The notes under the pieces are model-generated. The model was given only the letters and a program-made list of their open reading frames with translations. It searched no databases and was not told where the DNA came from. Below are positions 19,681-28,412 of a stretch of 64,000 bases of DNA, in pieces. The stretch's first letter is position 1. Every line of letters starts with the position of its first letter. The position numbers and the translations under genes are program-made. Source of the stretch: Promethearchaeota archaeon (lineage in GTDB: Archaea; Asgardarchaeota; Lokiarchaeia; Sigyniarchaeales; SOKP01); the NCBI GenBank assembly GCA_030599585.1, contig JAUVNS010000002.1, positions 288,001-352,000 on the forward strand, given 5' to 3'.

Positions 19681-20820
19681 ATGAATAAGTTTGAAAAAGC
19701 TCAAGAAGTACTCCATGAACTAGGTGGAGACGGTTGGTTAATAATATGCGTAGAGGCTAATGATATTAATTCCCGTTTCATGCTAGGAGTCGATTCTCCC
19801 TCTCGTCATTATATATATGTTGCGGCAGATGGAAATCATAAGATAATTGCAGTTGAAATGGAGGCTCCTATGATAGAACGCTCTTTAAAAAAGAAAGGAG
19901 TAAAAGCTGAGGTATTTTCTTACAAATCTATGAAAGAATTAGATAGGTTTCTGAGTCCTATTGTTAAAAAAACACGTGTAGCTTTAAATTTCGGAGAAAA
20001 TGTTTTGAGCCCAGAGGGAACGGGATTTGCAGATTTTATTAATGCTGGAGATTATTTGTCCATGAAAAAAATAGCACCCCAAACAGAATTTATATCAGCA
20101 GCTCCAATTATAGAAGCCTTAAGACGTGTAAAAACTCAAGATGAATTAACTGATTTACGAAATGTATGTAAAGCTACTATAGAAATTCTAGAGGCAATAC
20201 CCGATTGGGTAAAAGTTGGTATGACAGAAAATGATATAAAAGCGAAATTAGAATATGAATACATGAAATTAGGACGGCCCTCATTTGGATCAATAGTTGC
20301 TACTGGAACTCATTCGGCGGATCCACACCACAATACATCTTTGAAGAAAATCGAACCAGGAGTCTTGTTAATCGATTCGGGTTTACAAATAGATGAAATG
20401 AGTTCTGATATTACTAGGACATTCTGGGTCGGTGCAAATCCTCCTGAAGATTTCAAAAAAGCATATACGGCTCTATACGAAGCGAAGGATGTTGCTAATG
20501 ATTACTTTACTGATGGAACTCCAAAAAATGTACCTGGGTTAAAATGCAGAGAACATCTAACTACAAAAGGGTACGATCATGAAAAACTCTTTATCCATGG
20601 GTTAGGACATTCCCTTGGATTTGTAGCTCACGATATTGGGGGGAGCGTAAGCTGGAAAGTGCCTGAAACTTATAAATTTGAAGAAAACATGGTGTTTACC
20701 AACGAACCGGGTTTATATTGGAAAGATAAATGGGGAATTAGATTGGAAGATGATGTAATAATTGGTAAGGGCAAATGCGAACAAGTTACCAAAGTATCAG
20801 AAATTCCTGTTCTAATTTGA
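19681..20820 (+). CDS. Xaa-Pro peptidase (M24B family)
   Basis: DPHH, IDSG, SDITRT, HGLGHSLG...HD, TNEPGLY, GIRLEDD. Start at ATG 19681. Confidence 0.9.
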   Translation: MNKFEKAQEVLHELGGDGWLIICVEANDINSRFMLGVDSPSRHYIYVAADGNHKIIAVEMEAPMIERSLKKKGVKAEVFSYKSMKELDRFLSPIVKKTRVALNFGENVLSPEGTGFADFINAGDYLSMKKIAPQTEFISAAPIIEALRRVKTQDELTDLRNVCKATIEILEAIPDWVKVGMTENDIKAKLEYEYMKLGRPSFGSIVATGTHSADPHHNTSLKKIEPGVLLIDSGLQIDEMSSDITRTFWVGANPPEDFKKAYTALYEAKDVANDYFTDGTPKNVPGLKCREHLTTKGYDHEKLFIHGLGHSLGFVAHDIGGSVSWKVPETYKFEENMVFTNEPGLYWKDKWGIRLEDDVIIGKGKCEQVTKVSEIPVLI

Positions 20821-20837
20821 TTTGAAATAAAAACTTT

Positions 20838-22145
20838 TTACAACTTGATAGAAAAAGGAAAATCCTTTATTTCTTCTATTTTATTCTGGTCTGGATCCAT
20901 AAATTTAATTAAAATTCTAATTACATAATCTCCCGCTTCAAGGGGTTTAAGGTTAATCTCCCATTTTATATCTTCGTTAGATTTAAGGGAGTAAATCTGC
21001 TTATTCGTGGTTCCCCTCATAACTTTTAATTGTTCCGGAAATTCAACATCCAACTTCAAATCTAAAGCTTCTCCTTCGCTCTGGTTTTCAATAGTAAACT
21101 CGAGTGGAAATGTTTTTTCGAGGAGAGGAGGTCTTAAATTTCTTATTGATGCTGTTAATGTAGCAGGAGGAGAAATTAAGTTAGGTATTAATGATTGAGT
21201 TTCATATAGAAAAATCAAATCGTTATTTAACTCACAGGTGAGTACCATAGGACCAATACTTGACTTGTCGACTTGAAAATGAGGTTTAATTTTGAATTGT
21301 AAATGAGTTTCTTTACCTATATCTAATGGTAACGGAACGCTTGGTTTATTGTGTGTTGCTAAATTATCAGACAAATTTATTAAAAATTTTGTGATGTTAA
21401 ACTGGTTCAATTCAAACTTATAGAAAGGGTTGTTTATGATTTCCACTAGAGGTTTCGTATCAAGTTTTAAATCTAAATTAAGAATTTCATTTGTGGTATA
21501 AATGTCTTTGTCTAATTTAAATGAGGTCGTAATGCTAAGCTTGATATGTGTTATAATTAATACCAATTTTAAGAGTTTTAATTCTGCTTCTCTAAATTTG
21601 TAATTTCCAACTTTATCTTTGATTTTTTTTACATATTTAGATTCATTTTTTCTCAAAGCTAGAGTAATTTCTGAAACAAGCTTAATCAGTTGATGCTCCT
21701 TAAAAAATTCTTTATCAACCTTCTTGCTAGTTTTCTTTAAAAACTCCAATCCTTCGTTTGGAGTTCCTTTAACATAGGAACACATGTAAGAAAGCACGGA
21801 GAATAGAACATAATTCGAGTTTCTATCCCCTTCACTCTTGAGTTTAGGAATGAGATTTAATGCTTCCTTATAAACGGGGTTTGCATCTCTAAAGTTATTT
21901 GCCCATAAACAAGCTTCTCCAGATTGTCTCAATAATTCTACACTGGTGTCAAAGCGTCCGATTTCAGTAAAAATTTTAGCACTGTTCATGAAACATACTT
22001 TTGCTTTTTCGTATTCATTCAAATTAAGCAATAACTTCCCAGCGGAATGGTAACTTTTACCTGCTTTTTTAAATTGTTTCGCTCTATATAGTTGCTCAGC
22101 TTTTAGTATCAGTTTTTCAACAGCTAATCTTTGGTCTTTTCCCAT
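20838..22145 (-). CDS. TPR/SNAP-like helical repeats plus C-terminal Ig-like beta-sandwich domains
   Basis: N-terminal Ala-patterned helical repeats (KKAGKSYHSAGK, EKAKVCFMNSAK). C-terminal FTIENQS...LKPLEAGDY Ig-like strands. Confidence 0.6.
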   Translation of the reverse strand: MGKDQRLAVEKLILKAEQLYRAKQFKKAGKSYHSAGKLLLNLNEYEKAKVCFMNSAKIFTEIGRFDTSVELLRQSGEACLWANNFRDANPVYKEALNLIPKLKSEGDRNSNYVLFSVLSYMCSYVKGTPNEGLEFLKKTSKKVDKEFFKEHQLIKLVSEITLALRKNESKYVKKIKDKVGNYKFREAELKLLKLVLIITHIKLSITTSFKLDKDIYTTNEILNLDLKLDTKPLVEIINNPFYKFELNQFNITKFLINLSDNLATHNKPSVPLPLDIGKETHLQFKIKPHFQVDKSSIGPMVLTCELNNDLIFLYETQSLIPNLISPPATLTASIRNLRPPLLEKTFPLEFTIENQSEGEALDLKLDVEFPEQLKVMRGTTNKQIYSLKSNEDIKWEINLKPLEAGDYVIRILIKFMDPDQNKIEEIKDFPFSIKL

Positions 22146-22352
22146 TTAAAATCACTATTGTTATAAATTAAACGTGAAATTAATAATTGAGGGATTGTTT
22201 TGACTTATTGGCATCTAAAACCAATAATTCTTCACAAGAGTGTGTTAAATACTAGAACAAGAAATCTTAATATTATATATTTACAAAAATATGAAAAAGA
22301 AGTTTAATTGAGTTAAACTTCAAAAAATTAAAAAATAGGGGGTAAAACTTTT

Positions 22353-22429
22353 ATTACCGAAACCATGACAATATGGTTCGTCTTCTTGCGACTAATATTT
22401 TCTCGCAAGATTCATCCTTTCGGTTTAAT
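22353..22429 (-). promoter_or_regulatory. SECIS element (eukaryote-type) in the 3' UTR of hdrA-mvhD
   Basis: Minus strand reads ACCGAAA-gg-AUGAA-UCUUGCGA-GAAAAUAUUAG-UCGCAAGA-AGAC-...-UUUCGGU. This gives helix I, an AUGA/GA core, a perfect 8-bp helix II and an apical A-run, starting a few nt after the mvhD stop. Confidence 0.85.
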
Positions 22430-22430
22430 G

Positions 22431-22898
22431 TTATTTCTTTTTTTCTTCAGAATCTTTTTTCTCAGCTTCTTTGATCAGTGATGCTTTAATGGGGTTAGTT
22501 CCTAGATTCTCTATTATTTCAGTTACTCGGATAACTTCTTCTTGAAATTTTTGACCTTCAGCTGCACTACAGCTAAACATTTGGATTCTCTCGGGTGCTA
22601 CTCCTGCTGTTTTTAAAATTTCCTTTGTGTATTCTACATTCTTCGCCGCTACTAAATTCCCAGTTTCGTAATCACATTCTCCTTTATATCATCCAGCAAC
22701 TATTACGCCATCTGCTCCCTTTCCAATAGCTCTCATCATTAAACTAGGTGTAACTCTCCCCGTGCAATTTATCCTTATTGGTCTAATTGTTGCGGGATAT
22801 TGAGCTCGAATCGTACCGGCCATGTCTCCAGCGCCATAACCTCATTTCCAACACATAAAGGCTAAAATTTTTACTTGGTCTTTTACATTCGCTGTCAT
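22431..22898 (-). CDS. mvhD: Hydrogenase iron-sulfur subunit MvhD/VhuD, selenoprotein with 2 Sec (155 aa); absent from the ORF track
   Basis: Hand translation: MTANVKDQVKILAFMCWK-U-GYGAGDMAGTIRAQYPATIRPIRINCTGRV...GADGVIVAG-U-YKGECDYETGN...ERIQMFSCSAAEGQKF. TGA at 22842-22844 and 22689-22691. GAGGTG SD 6 nt before the ATG. Confidence 0.93.
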
Positions 22899-22911
22899 AT
22901 TTTACACCTCT

Positions 22912-24888
22912 CTATATATTTTCCAATATAGCATCAATTTGTTTTTCGTATTGGGGTTCACGATAGTATCTTAAAGTTATTGCTTCTGAGGGACAATTAG
23001 CTAAACAAGCGCCACATCCTCTACATAGAATTTCATCAACTTCAGCACCATCAGGTTCTACTTTAATAGCGTCGTAAGGGCAGTTAAGTTGACATAATCC
23101 ACATTTCGCACACTTTTCATTATCAACAGTTGCACGGATTAAGAGAATTCGGTATTTATCCTTCATCATTAACCGTGCTAAAGAAGAAGCAGCTGCTCTT
23201 CCTGACGCTATTGAGTCCGAAATCGCTTTAGGCCCTTGAGACACCCCAGCTAGCACAATTCCTGGAATTTTCGTATCGATAGGGTTTAATCTCGAATGAA
23301 ATTCCTTGAAAAAACCATCATGACTTTTTTCAAGTTTTAAGATGCTTGCGATTTTTTCGATTCCTTTAGCTGGCACCATGGCACTAGATAAAACAACTAA
23401 ATCGTACTCAAATTCTTTTAATTTAGTAGTTCCAACCGTGTTTTGTAACGCAACCTTAAGATTGTGTGTTTCGGGATCTTCTTGAAGTCGGGAAACATTT
23501 GTTCTAATGTATTTTATTCCCTCTTTTCGAGACGCTGTGAAGTATTCCTCGTAATCTTTCCCCGCTGCTCTTATATCCATGTAGGCTACAGTGACATCTA
23601 TATGGGGAGAGTGTTGCTTAATGAGTTTTGTATTCTTAACAGAAATCATACAACACACACCTGCACTGCAGTACGTCTTCCGAGTTAAATCTCTTGAACC
23701 AACGCATTGAATGAACAAGACACTTTTCGGTTCTTTTCCATCAGAGGGACGCTTTAAATGTCCAATCGTAGGCCCGTTAGGTGCTAATATCCGTTCAAGT
23801 TTTAATTGAGTGATTACATTAGGATAGACATTGTATCCTAAATAACCCGTTTCAGGTTCGTATTCGTCCCATCCCGTTGCTACGACTATCGACCCAACCT
23901 TAACTTCCAGAAGTTCGTCTTCTTGATCGAAATCAATTGCATCCACTTCACACGCTTTTATACACAAACCACACTTAATACATTGCGTCATATCGATTTG
24001 TGCCAACATTGGAACTGCCTGTGCGAATGAGGCATAAATTGCTCTCCGGGGATCCAAACCTTCGTTAAATTCGTTATATCCGTAAGCAGGACAGACCTCC
24101 CAACAAGCACCACAACCGTTACATTCGTTATTTACGTATCTTGCTCTTTTCCGGATCTTAACCTCAAAATTACCTACAAATCCAGTTACTTCTTCTACTT
24201 CACTGTATGTATGTAAGTTTAATCCCGGAGTTCTAGCTGTTTGAAGCATTACTGGCCCGAGAATTCAGATACTACAATCGTCCGTAGGGAAAGTTCGGTC
24301 AAGCATTGCCATTTTACCGCCAATCGTTGGTTTCTTTTCAACTAAGTGCACTTCAAATCCTTCTTCAGCTAAATCGATTCCTGCTGATAATCCAGCGACC
24401 CCACCACCAATAATAAGAGCCTTTTTTGTAATATCCACTTCTTTAATTAAGATTTTTTCTAAAGTGGAAGCTCGAGCAACTCCAGCGCGAATAGCGTCTT
24501 CAGCAGTACTCTTTGCCCCCGGTCTATCGTTTCTATGAACAAAACTTGAGTGTTCTCGAATATTAACGAATTCTAAGTAAGATGGATCCAAATTCATATC
24601 TTCCAACACGCTTTTAAAAACGGGCTCGTGAGTTTTTGGTGTACACGCTGCCATAAGTAATCGATTAGCATTAAATTCAATCATCTTTTCCTTAATGAAC
24701 TCAGCACCGGACTGTGTTCATAGCGATATATAATCTACTGCTTCGACGACATTCGGTAAAGCTTTCGAATATTCTGCTAACGCTTTTGTATCGATTATTT
24801 CAGCGATATTAAGACCTCATCGGCAGATAGTAATTAAGATTCTGACTTCATCATTTTCAGTCATTACTTTGTCTTTAGTTTCTACCAT
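22912..24888 (-). CDS. hdrA: Heterodisulfide reductase subunit A, selenoprotein with 3 Sec (658 aa)
   Basis: One frame from ATG 24888: ITICR-U-GLNIA (TGA 24817-24819), YISL-U-TQSG (24718-24720), FPTDDCSI-U-ILGP (24265-24267). Joins ORFs 24265-24684 and 22912-24249. IIGGGVAG FAD motif, QCVGSRD, ferredoxin motifs. Confidence 0.93.
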
Positions 24889-25096
24889 TGCATAATTCTC
24901 CTTGTGTTATTTTGTTAGTTCCTCCAATAATTTTACGCTAATTATTATACATGAAATATTTTATTCTAATTTAAAATAACGATTAAAAAAATTAACTTTA
25001 AATCAGTATTCTTTTATATATCTTTTATTATTGATGGAATTAAAAATATTCGATTAAATCAAATTTAAATAGATTTTCCACGGTTATTACTTTAAG

Positions 25097-25510
25097 ATGC
25101 TATTTACTTTTTTACAGATGGGAACTCCTTCAATAGATGAACTACTCCCATTTATCATTATGGGCGCGTTCGCTGCAGGAGATATATTGTTATTAAAGTT
25201 AGCATTAGTGGTAACTAAAGCCCAGAAAAGAACACGGATGAAATGGGTTGCGGGAAGTTTTGCTATTCAATTTGGAATAATTTTTATTATTAGTTCTCCC
25301 TTGTTTTTGCAAGCTTTTATGGGTTCATTTAAAGGAGAACTTGATGTAATAATTCCTATCGTTATCCTTTCATTATTTATAGATCTCAACGTGATAAACG
25401 TCTTACATCAAGTAGGTCTAAAGCGTTCATTTGGCATTCTTTTGATTACTTTCGTTCCTATAATTATCGTAATGATTATATTAGGAAACACATTTGCACG
25501 AATGCCATAG
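25097..25510 (+). CDS. Small membrane protein (about 4 TM helices)
   Basis: Hydrophobic ORF of 137 aa. Confidence 0.7.
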   Translation: MLFTFLQMGTPSIDELLPFIIMGAFAAGDILLLKLALVVTKAQKRTRMKWVAGSFAIQFGIIFIISSPLFLQAFMGSFKGELDVIIPIVILSLFIDLNVINVLHQVGLKRSFGILLITFVPIIIVMIILGNTFARMP

Positions 25511-25524
25511 AATCAATATGTGAC

Positions 25525-26442
25525 TCATAAATTAATTTCTTTGTTGATTTGCTGGTTCATGGCTATTACTTCTTCTCTTGCGGCCTCACCAAATTTATGT
25601 GGTAATAGCCTTTTATAATGGTAAGAAAACATTATTCTCCTTGAAGAATTTACAATACCACCTAAACCATTACTATTAAATCCAACCTTAATTTCTTTCG
25701 CAATACCGCCTTGCGCGCCAAAGCCAGGAATTAAAACATACGAATTTTTCACAATACTTCTTATCGATTTTAACTCTTGTGGGAAAGTTGCGCCTACTAC
25801 TACGCCTAAATTATGAAATTGTGAAAATTGGGTTAAATTTTCTCCCCAATCTACTACGAGTCGAGCCATTTTTATATAATTCCTTTCTAGGGTTACATTT
25901 TCTACGTTGACTTCTATATCAGATTCTAAAGCATTTGGAATTCTGGCACTAAAAAGGTTCTGGAAATCTTTGCTACTAGGATTCGAAGTCTTAACAAGAA
26001 CGAATATTCCTTTTTCTTTATATTCTAAAAAAGGTTTAACTCCGTCAATTCCAAGGTACGCGTTTATAGTACACGCATCTGCATTATATACTTTAAATGT
26101 GGAATGGGCGTAAGCTTCTGAAGTCGCCCCAATATCGTTTCTTTTTGAGTCTAAAATGACGAGCAAATCTTTCTTGTGAGCATACTTTATGGTTTCTTTT
26201 AAGGCAGATAATGCATCATATTTCTCATAAAATGCAATTTGGGGCTTAACAACTGGGATTAAATCTGATGTATTATCAATTAATATTTTATTAAATTCAA
26301 GAATGACCTTGTTTGGGTCTTCAAATTCTTTAATAAGGAATTTTGGAATTTCCCCTTCCTTATCCATCCGGGGATCTAAACCCATGCATACAACACTATG
26401 TTTATCAATGATAGATTGGATTAGGTCTTCAATAAAATTCAT
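25525..26442 (-). CDS. pyrF: Orotidine 5'-phosphate decarboxylase
   Basis: CMGLDP, KPQIAFYE, DSKRNDIGAT, KTSNP, VVGAT, LIPGFGAQGG, NSSR. Confidence 0.92.
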   Translation of the reverse strand: MNFIEDLIQSIIDKHSVVCMGLDPRMDKEGEIPKFLIKEFEDPNKVILEFNKILIDNTSDLIPVVKPQIAFYEKYDALSALKETIKYAHKKDLLVILDSKRNDIGATSEAYAHSTFKVYNADACTINAYLGIDGVKPFLEYKEKGIFVLVKTSNPSSKDFQNLFSARIPNALESDIEVNVENVTLERNYIKMARLVVDWGENLTQFSQFHNLGVVVGATFPQELKSIRSIVKNSYVLIPGFGAQGGIAKEIKVGFNSNGLGGIVNSSRRIMFSYHYKRLLPHKFGEAAREEVIAMNQQINKEINL

Positions 26443-26615
26443 AACTCTTGTCCTTTAAAGTTTTTATACTGATCTTTTACCTCATCAATATCTAGGGTTA
26501 TAAGAGTGTGTCCTCTATGATTTGCTTCAAAAACCCTTAAAAGATTCTGATTTTCTGGATCATTTGGATAAATATGTACATATTCTTGACACTTTATACA
26601 TGCTCGAACCCTAAT
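26439..26615 (-). CDS. Small CxxC/His putative zinc-binding protein; probable ATT start
   Basis: RACIKC...HRGH. GAGGTG (26627-26622) lies 6 nt before an in-frame ATT at 26615. The stop overlaps the pyrF start (ATGA). Confidence 0.6.
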   Translation of the reverse strand: MRVRACIKCQEYVHIYPNDPENQNLLRVFEANHRGHTLITLDIDEVKDQYKNFKGQEL

Positions 26616-26687
26616 TTTTAACACCTCAAAACATAATTCACTAAAGAAAATATAAGAATATGGCATATATAATTTTATAATCGTGTT

Positions 26688-27308
26688 TTAAACAAATGTT
26701 ATATCTTGATACTCTACATTTTCTTCATTTATTTTAGCGATGCCTAGTTCCCGTACTTTCGCATTTAAATTTATAAACGCTTCTTTCACGAATTTCTTAT
26801 TTTTTGCTCCTGTACAAACAACTTTTCCAGTGGAAAATATTAGGAAAACAGTTTTAGGGTCTTTCATGCGATAAATTAAACCGGGAAAGACTTCTGGCTC
26901 GTACATAGCATTTTCCATTATAATTGCTGCCATATTTAAATCAATAAATGTGTGTAAATCTCCACTTGCAACAATATTCTGAACCGTTATTATTGGATTA
27001 GACACATTAATTCCTGCTTTTTTAATAGCTTTTACAATTTTTTTTACTCCAGCGCTTGCCTGATCTGCTCTTCTAAGTCCTGTAATAACCATTTTTCCTG
27101 TAGAAAATATGAGAAATGTTGCTTTTGGGTCAGTAATTCTCATAACAAGACCCGGAAACCTTTCGGGATTATACTCTACATCTTCAAACTTGCGGGCGAT
27201 TTTGACAAGGTCAATCTTTTCAGTAATCTCCATTACAACTGTGGCAACTACATTTTCGATTTTATAATCTAATTTTAAATCAGATTCTTCACTTTTTTCT
27301 TCTGACAT
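26688..27308 (-). CDS. tbp: TATA-box binding protein
   Basis: Two repeats: IENVVAT...YNPERFPGLV...LIFSTGKMVITG and VQNIVAS...YEPEVFPGLI...LIFSTGKVVCTG. Confidence 0.97.
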   Translation of the reverse strand: MSEEKSEESDLKLDYKIENVVATVVMEITEKIDLVKIARKFEDVEYNPERFPGLVMRITDPKATFLIFSTGKMVITGLRRADQASAGVKKIVKAIKKAGINVSNPIITVQNIVASGDLHTFIDLNMAAIIMENAMYEPEVFPGLIYRMKDPKTVFLIFSTGKVVCTGAKNKKFVKEAFINLNAKVRELGIAKINEENVEYQDITFV

Positions 27309-27405
27309 AATTCATTACCTAAAAGAAATAATTGTTAATTAAACATAATTTTTTCTATAAAAATAATTTATTTATTAAAAAAACATTCGATTGAGTTAAA
27401 GATTT

Positions 27406-28374
27406 TTATTCTGTTTCTCCAATATCCTCTGATGTTCTTATCTCACGGATTTCTTTCTTAATTTTTTTTATTGTTATTCCTTTAAGTTTAATGAATTGAT
27501 GAATTAATATAGCGGTGGAGATAAGGATTCCAATTAAGTAAAATACCTGAATAGTCCAGAAAAATGGCTCGATAGATGTAAAGAATACAAGTTTGAAGGT
27601 GTAAGACAAACATGCGATTGTTGTGATGCAAATCATAGAGATAAGTAAAGCTATTCTTTCATAAAACTTAGGCTCGCCTTTATCAAAAACAATTATTTTT
27701 AGCCAAAAGATTACGCAAATAAATGCTATAGGTGTAAAGACAAGCGAACCTATGGCAATCGGGATAAGCAAATACACTGCAAATTGATTTCTCCAGATAT
27801 CTAGGACTTCTCCTAATGTCATCTGATCTTGAATTTGAGCTTTCGCGTACTTTCCTCTCCAGTTAAAGTATCCTCTCTTCATTTTTCGTCCTATTTCTTT
27901 TGTTTCTCTCTTCACACGCTTAAATATCCCCATATCTACAGCTTCTTGAAATTCTTCTCTAATTAAGGGAATTATGTATAATGTTAGCATTAAAGAGATA
28001 ATACCGTAAAGAAATACTAGAAGATCAAGCCAATATTGTATACCGGTTGGAGGTATTGCGGGAGGTAAGCTTGAAATTATGCTATAAATAGCGTATCCTA
28101 CGAAAATTCCTGGAACTATCACTTGAATAATTATAAGAGCCTGAACGTGTTTTTTAGTAAATTTTTCAGTGAAACGACTAAGAATCCACAAAATACCATT
28201 AGAAACAGTTAGTATCAACCCAAAACCTGAAAGAAGCTTCATTGTCCAAAAGAATATTAAGAAAGTAGTAGTCAATGCAATAAATCCAAAGATAAATTCA
28301 AGAATCATGAAAATAGTAGTTGCAACTAAACCAATTATATAAAGTATATCAAATTTTTTGAGATTTAGATTCAT
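27406..28374 (-). CDS. Multi-pass membrane protein, unknown function
   Basis: About 7 hydrophobic helices with a basic cytoplasmic loop. Confidence 0.7.
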   Translation of the reverse strand: MNLNLKKFDILYIIGLVATTIFMILEFIFGFIALTTTFLIFFWTMKLLSGFGLILTVSNGILWILSRFTEKFTKKHVQALIIIQVIVPGIFVGYAIYSIISSLPPAIPPTGIQYWLDLLVFLYGIISLMLTLYIIPLIREEFQEAVDMGIFKRVKRETKEIGRKMKRGYFNWRGKYAKAQIQDQMTLGEVLDIWRNQFAVYLLIPIAIGSLVFTPIAFICVIFWLKIIVFDKGEPKFYERIALLISMICITTIACLSYTFKLVFFTSIEPFFWTIQVFYLIGILISTAILIHQFIKLKGITIKKIKKEIREIRTSEDIGETE

Positions 28375-28412
28375 AAATAAATATAGATTTAGTGTTTATA
28401 TTAATTTTAGGT

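Noticed and set aside
22431-24888. hdrA and mvhD as nonsense-riddled pseudogenes, or a genome-wide UGA reassignment
   Set aside because: All five interruptions are TGA at Cys positions and a SECIS follows. Many other genes here end normally at TGA (for example 20820, 34402, 42516).
24882-24893. Mini-ORF ATG CAA TGG TAG overlapping the hdrA start behind AAGGAG
   Set aside because: Three codons, easily by chance; there is no evidence for a regulatory role without conservation data.
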